From NCBI GenBank assembly GCA_965645245.1, contig OZ287068.1:558001-622000 (forward strand): a stretch of DNA of 64,000 nt, given 5' to 3'. This document shows positions 11,701 to 25,750 of the stretch, in pieces. Made by a program: the position numbers and the translations under genes. The DNA comes from Massalongia carnosa (taxonomy: Eukaryota). The notes under the pieces are model-generated. The model was not told the origin of the DNA. It was given only the letters and a program-made list of their open reading frames with translations, and made no database searches. Positions within the stretch are counted from its first letter, which is position 1. Every line of letters begins with the position of its first letter.

Positions 11701-12809
11701 AGACGTCTGAGAGAGGACGAGATGGTTTAGAGAGATAGACAATCACCAGAATAGAAGGATGTGCAGAAAGCAATGAGAAAATTTTCAAAGTGTCTCGTGT
11801 TTGTGCCTGAGCAAGGTGTTCTTCAATTTTTAATTTTTAGTTTTTAATTTTTAGCCTGTTGAAAGAGGAAGAAAATGATGGGAGGTTCGAAAGTGAAGGG
11901 AGACGAGGGGCGGATAGCGGTGGATGTGGAAATGATAGTATGTGGAAAGCATGAGTTAGGGCTAATGAGGCAGGAACGAACCTTGCAATCTCTCACCCAC
12001 TAGCCAGCCGAACAAGCTGCTTCCCTGTGTCTCTTCTGTTGAAAGGTGTCTGGATCGTCAGTGATAAAGTTCGCGTCGACTAGTATGGTTTTGCTAAAGT
12101 GCGATTGTGTGGAGATGTGGTGGAAGAAGATTCAACGCCAACATGCTCGAGGAGCCAGGGTTTGGGGAGGGAGAGAGAGTGTGTGGAACGGCTATCCGCT
12201 GTCGTCATGATACGAGTACGATTGTGATTCTGGTCCTTCATCTCAAATTCCCAAATAAAATTCGTTGCCTGGTACTGAAGGGAGGAAAAAACCCCGTTGA
12301 AGAGTCATTGGCAAGGAACCTCTCTTATCAGAACTGTGACGCCATTGTGGCGCGGTCGAACCAACCAGATCGGTTCCTCGGCTTGGACCTTGCCCTTTTA
12401 GCCACTAACGAGGCTTACGCTTCGACGGTCGTGATAACTGATAAGGCCCGCGCAACTTTCTAGAAGCAAATTGGGGCGTTTGTGGCATTTACCGGATTTG
12501 GGGCGCAAATGCTTGCTTGCGTACGGAGTACTTTGTACTACGTTACGCCAAGGTGAGGTAATTCGGCCCCGCCCGAAGCGTGGCGTGTGGAGTGGGGAAG
12601 GAGAACAAGTACTCCGTACTTTGTCATGCAAGCAATCGTGCCTCGGACGACGCCCCAGCCCCTCTTGGTGGATATGTGTTATGTACTCCGTACAGAGTAT
12701 AATGCCGTTTACGATTTCGATAAGGCAAAGGCCGAAGCGCCAACACCAAACAGGAAGCAATCGACCGATCTAAAAGGACAAGGGGTCGCATTCTATGCTC
12801 TCCAACGGT

Positions 12810-14132
12810 TTATTCCAGCTGTGAGGCTTGGTTGGTATACAACACATCTACAACGTTGCTCAACTTCTCGATCGTCTCCAACGCCGCATCGTACCCTTGA
12901 TCCCTTTCCGCTTCGTCATACACGATGAGGCAACCCGCACCCTGATCCAAAACCCCGGTGATAACCTTGTCCAGTATCATTTGGGATAGTTTGCGCTCCA
13001 CCTGCTGCGTGTCGAGTCCAACCATTTTGGCGATGTGCGCGATTTCTACCCTGCTAAATGGCTCGATGACTTTGACGAGATTCTGCTCCAACATGGCGTC
13101 ATACAGCCGCCGCAAGTGGTTTCGTATGAATGTATCGCTACCGAGCTCGTACCGATAGGTCGACAGGGCCTTCTCGTAGTCCTCCAAACTTCGGTTCGAA
13201 TGAGCACGGGCGACTGCTTTCATTGCTTCGAGATTCCTTCCGGAGTACTTGATAGCTTGCTTTGATGTCATCAGATTATTAACATCGGTACCCAAGTTAA
13301 GCATAATTTTGCATAATAACATGTATTGCAACGCCGAGGTTGCTTTTTGTGTCTCTTCCTGAGAATGGTGTCCCTCTAGCGCCTCGATGAAATACGAAAA
13401 GGCCGTATTAAAGTCCTGATCTTCAGCATGAAGCATGCCAGACTGCATATCCAGACCAGCTTGCAATAATGGAGGAGTATACACGGAAGCTGCCGATGTT
13501 CGGGCGGAGGTCAATGCAGCCCGAGCCTTTGGTTGGTTTCCAAGTGCATGGTAAACCCTTGACTCAAGCAGTTGGACCTCAACAAGCACAAGCTTGTCAT
13601 CCAACCGCTTAAGCTCTTTCAGAAGGCCGTTAATAAGAGTAAGGGCGTCGTAATAAGATTGTTTTTGCATGTAAAGCGAGACAAGTCGGGTTTCGAGGTT
13701 CTGACGTAGAAAACCTCGGCGCTCTGAGATTGCCCATTCTATACATGACTTGGTAACCGAAATTTGTATGTCAACCGTGTTGGGAATGGAGGAAAAGAGA
13801 TCGAGGAGTTGCCGGACTATCTATAGTTAGCAGTGAATTCATAGATGGGCCAAGTACTCCGTACCAAGTTTTGCAGTTTTGGCCTTGGCGAAGGAGGAAA
13901 GCGTTGATCTGCTTGTCTTAACAAGTCTTGCCAAATCATTTGGCTTCTTTGCAACCTGATATAGCTCCCCCAACCCCATCAAAGCTGTTTCATACTCTCG
14001 TAAAGCAGCTTCACCAGATCCTGGCCCCTTCGAGAGAATATCCTCATAGAGAGCCTCAGCTTTGGGCGGGTCAGTTTTGGCAAGCTTTTGAGCTTCTTCG
14101 ATTCGTTTCGAGTTGATGGGAGGTGGGGCCAT
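12810..14132 (-). CDS. RPN6: 26S proteasome lid subunit Rpn6 (PSMD11)
   Basis: FAKAKTAKL|VRQL, LKELKRLDDKLVLVEVQLLESR, AALTSARTSA, PCI domain (LSQMILDK…GVLDQG). Intron 13817-13864. Confidence 0.96.
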
Positions 14133-14371
14133 TATTAATGTGGCTTCTGATTTGCGGTGGTGAATGGCTGATGAAATGTCTACTGACAAAATGGAGTATT
14201 ATCAGCGCTAGGCAATCAGCTTCGGCCGGTAAAACATTGATGCGCTCCGCAAACATTCACATCCAGCTGTTGAATTTTATGCTACTCCAATGTCAAAACT
14301 CACTTTTAGAACCCTCCTGCAACTTTTAGATTACAAATCCGTTGATTAATTTAGTTAGGACATGAATCAAT
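14133..14371. promoter_or_regulatory. Compact divergent (likely bidirectional) promoter RPN6/SOF1
   Basis: Only 239 nt separate the two head-to-head ATGs (14132 and 14372). Confidence 0.55.
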
Positions 14372-15808
14372 ATGGTGATTTCTATGCTAAGCCCGCTCCT
14401 ATATGCATTCGCTAACTCTTGCAGAAAATAAAGGCTCTTTCGCGTCCAACGGCCTCGTATCAGGCCCCCGGTGCAAGTGTTGCAAGGCAGCCTCGGAATC
14501 TAGATCCCGCCCTGCATCCCTTTGAAAGAGCTCGAGAATACTCAAGAGCCCTGAATGCCACCAAACTGGAGAGGATGTTTGCCGCCCCCTTCATCGCTCA
14601 GCTAGGGAGGGGGCATGTGGATGGCGTGTATGCTATGGCCAAAGATCCGGAATCCCTTGAGCGTTTTGCCAGCGGCAGCGGAGATGGGGTAGTCAAAGTT
14701 TGGGATTTAACCAGCAGAGAAGAGATATGGCACGTGCAGGCGCACGAGGGCATCGTAAAAGGGATGTGTTGGACGAAAGACAAAAAGCTACTGTCTTGCG
14801 CAAGTGACAAGTCCATCAAACTATTTGATCCATACAATTCGGCTTCAGGAGCAGCCCCGATAGCCACCTATCTTGGCCAAACTGCCTTCACTAGTGTCTC
14901 ACATCATCGTGATCTTTCAACTTTCGCTGCCTCGTCAAGTGTTATTTCCATTTACGATCTCTCACGTTCTTCTACAATACCTTTACAGACCCTACAATGG
15001 CCTACATCCACTGCCACCATTAATGCTGTGGCTTTCAACCTGGTTGAAACTTCAATTCTTGCCTCGGCTGCCACAGACCGTTCTATCGTACTATATGATC
15101 TTCGAACCTCGTCTCCTTTATCAAAAGCAACTCTCGGGCTTGCATCAAATGCAATATCGTGGAATCCCATGGAAGCTTTTAATTTTGCTGTAGCCAACGA
15201 AGACCACAACGTATACATATTCGATATGCGGAAGCTTAACCGAGCCCTGAACGTTTTAAAGGATCACGTAGCTGCAGTCATGGACGTTGAGTATAGCCCC
15301 CATGGAGAAGAGCTAGTTACGGCCAGTTACGATCGAACAGTACGGCTATGGAATCGAGCCGGCGGCCATTCACGAGATATCTATCACACGAAGAGAATGC
15401 AAAGGTACCTAAAATCTAACTCTGTAGGGTAGACCTTGCTAAAGATTTAGGGTTTTCTCAGCAAGATTCACCCCTGATTCCCAATTCCTTCTGACTGGAT
15501 CGGATGACGGGAACATCAGACTCTGGCGTGCTCACGCTTCAAGACGGGAAGGAATCAAATCCACCCGTCAAAGGCAGAAACTTGAGTACGATGAAGCACT
15601 TAAGGAGAGATACCAACACATGCCTGAAATTCGAAGAATTAAACGTCACAGACATGTTCCTAAACAGGTGAAGAAGGCAGGAGAGATCAAGGGGGAAGAG
15701 CTTGCTGCGATTAAAAGAAGACGTGAAAACGAAAGAAAGCATAGCAAGAAAGGGCTAGTGAAGCGGCGCAGCGAACGGGAGAAAATGGTGCTGGCAACGG
15801 AGGAATGA
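14372..15808 (+). CDS. SOF1: U3 snoRNP WD40 protein Sof1 (DCAF13)
   Basis: M|KIKALSR, RNLDPALHPFERAREY, WD40 repeats, SRDIYHTKRMQR|VF, C-terminal MPEIRRIKRHRHVPK. Introns 14375-14424 (right after ATG) and 15405-15450. Confidence 0.96.
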
Positions 15809-16580
15809 TCCCGGTTAATGGATCCACAGACGCCTATAGCAAAGTCCAGGACAACCCAGGAAGTGCTTCGTTCAAGCAGCTTCAGGTTGCGCTCCTGGTA
15901 TTGAGTTTAAACGATAGAAACTCCCTGCTTGATCCTACCTCGTGTGATTTAGCTTGCGATAGGTATGTCTATCTCAGAATATTTTAATTCTAGATTAATA
16001 GGCTGACTATACCGGCTCTTCAAAAGCCAAACACCACAAGAGAAAGGAGGTATCAAGCCTAGAAGGTATCTGTGTTTTGGAAATCCATCATGCCACAGCA
16101 TAGACATCGGTGCAGCAGATATAGTCAGTTGTCTAGTGAACCAATTCCCTAATTATGGCGTTGAACATAGCTGCAGATTGTTTTATTTGCATCAATGAAC
16201 AACTCCTAGAGAATTTTAAGCCGATTAACGATTTCTATGTCGTTAGGGTTTAAAAGAGACACGGTTTAATTCATCTCAGAGTAATCCAATTAATTATCAG
16301 GTGGTCGTGTAAAAGATTATCCCTCTTAAGACATTTTGAAATACGTTATTGAACTGAAAGATTTTCAGCTTGCCCCCTACCATGCCCCTATGTCCTTAGA
16401 GTGCTCAGAGAGGACTAGCAGTTATCAGTTAGGGCTATGAGTTAGTTAGGTTTAAGTTAAGCGAGGCGCGATTCTATCCTTGATACAAAGCAACTAGTGA
16501 GTAGTAGATGAGCATCTTGTAGGAGTAACAGCGCAACCAACGGACAAACAGACTTGACGCAGCTTTTCCGAATCAGCGCG

Positions 16581-18257
16581 ATGAATCCGTCCATGTCGCA
16601 ATATCGTGGTAATGGCAACTACCATCACATTACCCAGAGATCACCCCATGCATCCGCGACGAAACGAGGTCTACGTGAGCCTAGGAATTCCACTCCCGCA
16701 TTTAGTTCCGAATTGTTAGCTAACACCTGATCTAGCTCCTATTTTGCCCCATTCTCAGCAAACGGCCAGTCCAGCCCAGGCTGAAGCAGCCCAAAAAGCC
16801 GCGAAGATGGCACACGAGGCGGCTAAACGACGTGCCCAAAGGCCTACAGACAAGAACATACCAGAAGGGGTGGAACATATAATCATTGGGGATGGCGTCC
16901 AGCAATACAAGCGATTGAGAGAAATCGAGAGGAAGCTGGACGCGGTCATGATGAGGAAGAGACTGGATATTCAGGACTTGGCACAGCAAGGCCCGAAGAG
17001 ATATAGGACAATGCAGATATGGGTTTCGAACACGGTGGAGAATCAACCGTGGCAAGCGAGAAACCTAGAATCAGATATGTTCGACTTCGACACGGGAGTA
17101 GAGGCAATGTACAAGGTCAAGATTGAAGGACGGCTCTTGGAGGAGGATGGTTTAGAAGACTCTCCAGGGTATGGCAGCGACGATGAAGACGGCGAAGATC
17201 CGACCAAATTTATCAAGACGGACGATTCTATGGTGTCAAGTGATGAATCTACAAAGCCAAACCAACCGCCCACAACCACAAGTACCAAAACCCGGCTCTC
17301 CCACTTCTTCAAAGCCATAACTATTGACTTCGACCGTAACAAAAACCTTCAACCCGAAATTGCCACCCAGATCGAATGGAAGAAGCCCCTTGTTCAGCCC
17401 GGTGCGTTGCTCCCCAAGGAAGCCGACTTTGACTGCTTGGAATTCGAGCGGAAAGGCGATGAGAACGTTAACTGTAACATTAACTTCTACCGGGACGAGT
17501 TCCCCGAGCGGTGGCGCTTGAGCAAAGAGCTCGGTGACCTGCTCGACACAGAAGAAGAGGAACGCGCCGTCATCATCTACAAGATCTGGGAGTACGTCAA
17601 GGCGATGAATCTGCAGCAGGACGAGGAAAAACGGCTTGTCCAATGCGATGACCGTCTCCGGGCCGCAAGTCTTCCATCCCCCCCCTCCTTATGGGCCAGA
17701 TCATACCAAACTAACCCTACTTTCTCCCATGTCTGCAGATCTTCAAAACCGACATCATCTTCTTTCCCGACCTTAGCACCACCTCTCTCCTCCTCCCACA
17801 CATCTCCCCCCTTCCCCCCCTCTCAATTCCCTACACCATCCGCGTCGACCCCCATTTCCATGCCCTCCAACCTACCCCGTCAACAAGCTACACCTTCCGC
17901 CTAGCAGGCCCCTCCCCCCTCGGACCGCTTCGAATCGCTCTCGCCCAGCCTCCCACCTCCCATCTCACCGTCCTCCGCCAACTAGCCACTTACGACGAGC
18001 ACCTCGCGCTTCTAGTGCAGGCCATGGCCGACTCCAAGGCCAAGCACGCCTTCTTGACCGAGATGAGTCGCGATCCCGTCCGCTTCGTGAGGCGGTGGGT
18101 GGGGAGCCAGAAGCGCGATCTGGAGGTCATTCTAGGCGAGTCGGGCAAAGGCGAAGATGCCATGGGAGAGGAGTGGAGGAGGGGCGGAAAGGGCGGGGTG
18201 TGGGGGACGGAGAATGTAAGGGAAAGCGTGGGGTTGATGGTGCAGAAGGCACGGTGA
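16581..18257 (+). CDS. SNF12: SWI/SNF-RSC SWIB-domain subunit (Snf12/Rsc6/Ssr3, SMARCD family)
   Basis: RPTDKNIPEGVE, ERKLDAVMMRKRLDIQD, IWEYVKAMNLQQDEEKR..CDDRL, FLTEMSRDPVRFVRRWVGSQKRDL. Introns 16675-16735 and GC-AG 17665-17738. Confidence 0.9.
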
Positions 18258-18986
18258 AAGGGTGAGGGTTACGCTTTTCTCTTTGGGTGCGTTTCTGTGA
18301 GAGAATGGTATATGATGGGAAACTTGGTGTTCTGGGGCTCGGATTGCCCGTTTCGCTTGGGTGGTGTACGATATATGTACTGTACCTGGAAAACCTTTGG
18401 CAAAATGTTACCTACATATGTAGTCGCGGCCAATGATCCAACGGGCGCATGTAGAGTAGACAAGTTCCATACACGGGAAAGCCCGCAACCGTAAGTAAAG
18501 TACCTGCCGCAACCGAAAGGAGGTCTTCGATTCTGCTTTTCTCCTTTGTGGCTTACTTTTTAGTCCTAGACTCAGACAAAATAACGCTCATCATAAACCA
18601 CCCTTCAAGTTACAAACGAAGACACAGGATTTACTTTTGACATCTTTGATACTATGTACCGGACCTGGGCATGTATGTATGGTGTGTATGCATGTCTTTC
18701 ATGGGCCTAATCGAAGCAGAGGGAAACCCCCTTTCCAATCCATGCAGTCATTAGCTCCTAGGGGTTAGAATCCTCCCCCTTAACCAGCCATCATCCACTG
18801 GCAACACCGATGACCTGGCAACACCTCCGCTAAAAAGGCAATGTCAAAAACCGAATATCTCAAGTCTTTCCCTCCTCACCCAGACCCTTTCCCCATCCAC
18901 GCCAAGAACAAGGAAAATCATGCCCTTTTCCTCTGCCCTTCCCTTTAAAGTACCCCAAAACCCTCAAACAGTCTGGGTAACTACAT

Positions 18987-21900
18987 TCATTCCTTACCGA
19001 AATAATCACTTCCCCCTTCTAGCGCCGCTGTCGGCATCTCGGTTCCAATCCCGCTATCACTTGTCTCTCCAAACAGCACCATCTCGTTCGCGTTGCCAAT
19101 TTCGCCCCCCCGCACGGAGGAATTCTCATATAACATGGGAGTAGACTCGCGCTCGTGCTCCACTTCCTCAACGTCGTCGTCGTCATCGATGAATTCGGAG
19201 TCAGAGACATCACCGTCCTCAGTCATCGGATCGTCCTTCGTTCCGAGTGATTCAACCGTGGAAGGCGCATAGCTGGTCCTCCGATCATCGGCGGAAACCA
19301 CGCTGCCATCCCCGTAACTCATAGTGCCAGTGTATGTGCCCGAATAGCTGGTTCGTCGCTCCGTACCTGTCTCGCTGCCTTCTCGATCTTCTTCTTCATC
19401 CTCCTCGTCGAGGATACTGTTTTCCTTGTCGTCTTCGTCATCAACGCCTTCATCTGCGTACATGCCTAGAGCCTTGGTTCCGCCCCAGCTAGCTTTACGA
19501 ACAGGGAAATTTGACTTCACGCTGTGGCTCCTCTTCACACCGCCAATCCCGAAGGCTGAGCCCTTTGTAAGACTGTCGGCGTGTGAAGCGTTTGCCAGCA
19601 CCATTGATCGCTCTGCATTAACCCCTCTATTGGCACCAAGTGTGCTGAGACTTAATATCCGTCGATCACCTTTGCCACTCACAGTGCTCGAGCCTGGTTT
19701 TCTAATAGGCTGTCGTCTTTTGAGAGCCATTCCAATTCCGCTGCTCACCGCGCTGGTCGCGTATGAGGGTGCAATGGGACCGCCTATACTAGTTCTAGTA
19801 GAAGATGTATTGTTACTCGCGGTTGACACAACTCTCTTAAGGTTCATCTCCTTCAAGCTTGACCGAGGCCTGGACGCGGTAAGTAGCGACCGTGAATGAT
19901 CTAACACACCATCAAGTATTCGTCTCTCAAGACCTTCGGCTCTAGTTTCCATAATATGAAGCTCCTCTCGGCGGATCTGTAGTGCAGTGTGTAGTGACGA
20001 AAGATCCGCTTGCATTTTCGATCTCTGGGCGATCAAGTCCTCTTTCACCAGTACAAGTTCTTGGACATCTTTATTTAGCTCGTCCTTGTGGGCCATCATC
20101 CGAACAATATCAGCCTCCACATGCTCCTTCTGCGAGATTCTTAATTTCAAAGCGACACCAACTTCTTCCGCCTCCTTGGCCCTATCATTGGCTTCCTGAC
20201 GAATCATAGCCTGCTGTCCAGCAACCAAGTTCTCAAGCTCTTTTGCTGTAGCACTCACCTGTTCCCGAATATGATCAAGCAGAGCGAATTGCGTGAGCGA
20301 TTTATTAGCCTCACCAGCATGCTCAACCAATTGGTCGAGCTTCGCATGAACTGCAGAGTCATTGTATGGCTCATGAACGGGAAACTCTATCGGCGTAGGC
20401 GGGGGCGCGGCGATCGCTGGTAGAGGAATAGCAGCGGGGATTGCTTGGACACTAGACTTGATTTCCTCCGCCGACGATTTAGCCTGTTCATAGTGTTGTT
20501 CGACAATGCCCAATACTTCTTGGATAGTTTCTAAGATCTTAGGCTGATACTGAGTTACATGCGCTTGCACACCCTCTACTCCTGTTAAAGTTTTCGAAAT
20601 CTCTGCTCTGGTAGACTGATGTTCACTCTTCACGTCTTGTGAGAGCAATTCATCAAGTTTGGAGCTCATACCTCCAATGCGTTCAAAGACTGTTTTTGAG
20701 TCCTCACCCAATCGTTCACATGATTCCGTGAGCGTAGAGCTAAGCGTATCAAGGACAGCTTTTAGGTCTTCAGTCGCGAATTTGGTAGCATTCAAAATAT
20801 CGGTTTGCTCCAGACTAGTCTCTTTGGAAGCTCTATCATGTTCTGCAGCAGCAACCTGAGCATCATCGTACTTCGTAAGGATCTCGTCGAAACGTTCCTC
20901 GATCTTTGAAAGAAGCTCCGTAATAATGGCAGTTTTATACTCATCGTGTTTTTCGAGCAGAGAGCTATGATGTTGCTCGCGTTCCAGCTCAGATCCAGCG
21001 AAATCTCCATGGATAGACTCAAATTCCCGGATTAGCATTTCTTTGAGCTCGTTAACTAGCGGTGTAACATCGCTGCCGACCACAGTGTCTGTAAAAGTTT
21101 CCAGTGTGGTAGTAAGCTCCCGGATGCTGTGTCCATCTTTGTCAAGTTTGCCCTTGAGCTCTGCTCGTACATCATCAAGAAAGAGCTTGACGTCCTCAAT
21201 CTTATCAGCGATTCCTCCATGTTCAATTTTACGTGACTCGAATGCTCGCGCAGTAAGTTCGGCATCTTCTTCCCTTCGCTCCCTGAAGTCTTTGATGAGG
21301 TCTCCAAGCAACTCAATTTCTGCTTTGGTAGGCATCATTTCTATGCCAGGTAGAACAATATCCTCGATGTGCGTTTTAGTATCCAGACATACAGTCTCTA
21401 AGTTCTCGAAATCAGATTTGCGGACTCTATCGTCAATGTCCTGCGCCAAAATCTTCTCGCGAACATCTTCTACACCTACAAATATTTCTTTAAGAAGGGC
21501 TTCTAGAATACCGACATCTTCTTTCGAAGCCTTTCCTGTACCGATGTCATTCACTGCATCCAGCGTTTCCCTTGTGATTGCTTCGACGTTCTCGATTTGT
21601 GCTACTCGAGCTAGACCTTCAGATTCGGCCGAAAGCATGTCATCAATCCTGGCTTTCGTGTTGCGTAATAATGTCTCGATGGCTTCGGTGTCTTCCTTAG
21701 TCACGGTGTCGTCCTGCTGAATTTGATTTCTTTGGGTAAGCTCTGCAATGGTAACCTGAACGTCTCGTAAGATGCCTTCAATATTTTCAAGGTCTTCTTT
21801 GACGAGAGCACCGTCGTTGTTTGGCGGAGCAGGCTGAGCTACCGGAGGTACCGGGGGCGTATCCATTGACTCTACCTTTATTCGAAGTTGAGTTATCATA

Positions 21901-24900
21901 ACCTCCAAGTTTTCGATATCGTTCCTTCGTAAGCTTTCAGCCTCTCCGTCAGCAACGATAACTTCTCCTCCTTTACTAGTCGTGATTTCCTGCTCAGCAG
22001 ATCGCAAGCGATCTACATCTGATCTAATGTTCGCTAGTCCTTCCTTTAAAGTGTCGAGTATCTCATAATTAACAGTCATGTCAAGGGGTTTGTTGACCAT
22101 TCTTTCCACATCAGCCCGAAGTCCGTCAAGCCCATCGTTTAGAGCATCCACAACCTCGCCACTAATCGATGAGACGCTTTCGGGTTTGTCCCGGTTTCTT
22201 TCAATGTCGAGCCGAACACTCTCAAGTCCGTCTCGAAGAGCCTCAAGTAGCTCTTCTTTATCAGCTGAGCAACTACCTCGGACTAGCGTGGTAGATAAAG
22301 TTTCCCGAAGGTGTTCGAGTTCCTCCTTCACTGTAATAATTGCCTCAGCATTGACGTCCCGGTTGCCTTCTTGTGCTAGGTTCTTCTTCAAAGCTTCTAG
22401 CCCATCTCTGATAGTATTTAGAATTTCTTGTTTATCGATCGTCGATGCTCCACTGGGTACTATTGATGTAGCAATGGTCTGACGAAGAAGCTCGAATTCT
22501 TTCTCCATGATATTAGAATTGACGTCCCGGTCGTTTTCTTGTAACATGTTTCTCTTCAAATCTTTCAACCCGTCTCTGATAGCATCAAGCATTTCTTCTC
22601 TATCAATTGCTGGTTCTTCACTACGTATCATTGATGTAGCAATTGTCTGACGGAGATGCTCAAACTCGTCCTTCATTGTATCAGCATTGACGGCCCGATC
22701 GCTTTCTTGTGGCATGTTTCTCTTGAGATCTTCCAGTCCGTCTCTGATAGCATATAGTATTTCTTCTCTATCGATCGTTAATCCTCCACTAGGCACGATT
22801 GACATAGCAATTGTTTGACGAAGGTGCTCAAACTCGTCCTTCATCGCATCAGCATTGACGTCTCGATCGCTTTCTTGTGGCATGTTTCTCTTCAGATCCT
22901 CCAGTCCGTCTCTGATAGTATCTAATATTTCTTCTCTGTCAGTCGTGGGTTCTCCACTACGTACCATTGATGTAGCAATGGTCTGGCGAAGATGCTCAAA
23001 CTCCTTCTCCATTGCGTCCAGAATTTCTCCGTTGTTGGAATTACCTGACTCACGCGGAGAATTTGCAATAGCACCTTCAAGGTCGACACGGAGATGTTCC
23101 AGGCCATCTCTTACGGTTTCAATTATTTCGTCTTTTCCGGTGACATCGGCCGCACGGTCAACATAGGTCTCTATGTCAGCGCGCAGAACTTCTAAGCCAT
23201 CTTTCATTGCATCAAGGACTTGTTCTGTATCTCCTCCATTGGCAACAGAGTACTGTTTGAACTCCACTCTCATCCCGTCGATGAGATCTTGCATCTTCTC
23301 TAGCACTTGCTCCCCAACGCCATCCATAGGTGTACGTGCACCCTCAAGGCCAGCCCTAACAGCCTCGAAGATATCATCACGGTTGAAATCAATCTCCTTA
23401 ACAAGTGGTCCTTGTGTTGAAAATCCTTCCTTAACAGCATCAATAACATCTTCGCGAGTCATCTCCAACTCTCGGGGTGCTCCAACACTCGATGTGGGAA
23501 ACTCAAAGGTGTCCAAGCATTCTCGGACGGTCATAAGGATCTCCTCCTTCGTGATACTTGCTTCAGTCTCTATAGGCGGAGGTGGCTTGAAGTGCTTAAG
23601 TCCCTCTTGGACAGCATCTAGAACCTCCTCATAACTAGCGCCACCGAGATCCTTGTTTTGTTCCTTTGGTTGATACTCTTGCAAGCCCTCTTTGAGACAC
23701 TGCAGAATTTCATCCCTTTCCAGTCCAAAGTTCTGCAGCTCAATCTCCGGTTTATAGGTCTCCCATGCTTCCCGGACAGCCTCGAGGATCTCTTCTCTCT
23801 CGATACCAGATCCAGAATGCTGCATGGCAATCTGCTGATGAAATGGACTTTCACTCAGTGCATTTTTGACAGCTGTGTAGATCTCTTGACTATCAACAGT
23901 ACTTCGAGATATGATAGAAGAACTGGACTGACGTCGCATCTCTCGCATCGAATTCTCCATATGATCTTTTAGCTCAGCTAAACCCTGCTCAACTATCTGA
24001 GCGATTTCGTCCCGGCTCGGACCTTGGTAGTCGGCTTGTTGACCCTGGATTGATTCTGCTTGATCCAGCTTTCGCCCAATTTCACGACCCATTCCGAGAA
24101 CCTCGCCACGAAGTTCCCTTACCAGTGCTTTGAGCTCCGCGGTCATCCCACCTCCTTCTGTAATGCTGTCTTTCATTTTTCTCAACATCTTGAGTATATC
24201 TTCACTGACAAACCCTGCAGCAGCTCCAGGATTAGCATGCAAAATCTTGCCCTCAACATTCATCTCACGGCTCGCGTGAGGATTTGTTCCACGGGATATT
24301 CGAGCTAATGACATGGATCGAGGGTCAAATTCTAATTCCAGCTTTGGAGGTATATCCCCGATTTCATTCCCATCATTTGTTTGGGTTACAAGTACTTTTT
24401 CGTTGCCCTCCTTTAAGAAAGCCAAGATCTCCTCTAACTTTTTAGCTACGGCTGGATCCGAATCTCTTGATTTCGATCGATCAAGTAGCTCAGAAAGAGA
24501 AGAAAGAAGTCGTTCCTGTCCTTCTTTCGTCCCCATTTCACGTAAAATCTTCTCCAGAAGCGCTATGCTAGCGGCACCATCCATGTTGTAAGGAGAAGCT
24601 ACGATTTCTCGATCTAGAGAAGCCGAAAAGCTATTTGGACTAGGTATTCTCGGTAGGGAGAAGCTCTTCGGCATTCCGGAGGGCGACACATGAGGTTTGC
24701 TGTCTATCAAGAATCCTCCCGGGCCTCGACCGTAATGACTAGTAGAGCGTGAGCTATTGTCAACACCCGGCTCAATCAGATGTGATGATAAATTTGTGAC
24801 TAGATCTCGCAAACTTGTTCGAATATCCTCATCTCGGAGGTTAGTGGCCTCCTTCAAGCTGATAAGGTCTGTAGCGTTGTCCTTGCTTCTCCTGCTTAGC

Positions 24901-25750
24901 TGGGCCATTTCCCGTTGCAAATTTGTCGCAATGCTTGTTAGGCTAAGTATTTGAGAAGAAATCGCCTCAAAAGTTTGTGGAGTTCGCATCATCGCAGAAG
25001 CGCCGTTTGTGATGTTCGAGAGGGAGGTGTCAACCTCCTTGAGAGCTGGGATGTTTTGCAAAGCAAGCATTGTAGATGAAGGAGGCGTATTTTCTCCTAA
25101 TATAGCCTTTAATGGAGGCCTCGAACTTGGTCGTAGAATAGGCGTGTCTCTTGCAAATTCCTTCGCATTGGGGGTTGGGGTTCCTGTCCGTGTCGGGCTT
25201 CTCTCAGGAGATCTGTTTTCAAAGTCAAACGCAGTTGTACGAGGTAATCTTTCAGGTGAGCGCTCTACGGATGATGCTCCATCAAGATAGTTGTTTCGAT
25301 CCCGAACGTTTCCATGCCCGTTTTGCAGCGATTGCATTCGTTTATGGTATTGACCTTTGATCAATGACCTTTCCGGTGATCTATTTGGTAGCGGATTCGT
25401 AGTATATGCACTTTCTCGGGCCTTGGCCGTCAATGCTTCGGCGGCTGCTGTTATGGAGGCCGATGTATTGGGCTTCGTTGCTGGACTAGAGCCCGGATTC
25501 ATAGGTAAAGGAGGGGGTGCACGATCAGGATCCGAGCTGTCCCACCTGTATTTTCCAAGTAGTGATGTCAGTTTCATTGAATCCGCACAAAGCAATATCA
25601 GCTATCCTGCCTTACGTGCAGGAATTGCCTCAAGCGCCCTTTGAAGATTGCGTACATTGGGACAGATGCGCGACCTGAATCAGAGAACGAGGGTTGGTGC
25701 TTGAGGACAAGCTCGCGGTCACGAGACTCTTCTCTGTCTACTGACGGCAT
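18987..25750 (-). CDS. Large (~2200 aa) Pezizomycotina coiled-coil protein, often auto-annotated 'chromosome segregation ATPase family'
   Basis: 6.5-kb open frame with conserved-looking N-terminus VPM|WDSSDPDRAPPPLPMNP and RRSKDNATDLISLKEAT. Short exon 1 from ATG 25750; intron 25546-25655. Long heptad-rich body and acidic tail. Confidence 0.85.
22341..23012 (-). repeat. Coding tandem repeat, 4 x 168 nt (56 aa)
   Basis: Units start at 23012, 22844, 22676 and 22508. Consensus M(E/K)(K/D)EFEHLRQTIA.S...SG....D.EE.L..IRDGL.DLK.N..QE.DRDVN. Confidence 0.92.

Noticed and set aside
16220..16460. Scattered TTAGGG-like words
   Set aside because: Isolated hexamers, not a tandem telomeric array.
19426..25644. 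Many + strand ORFs
   Set aside because: Antisense shadows of the long coiled-coil CDS.
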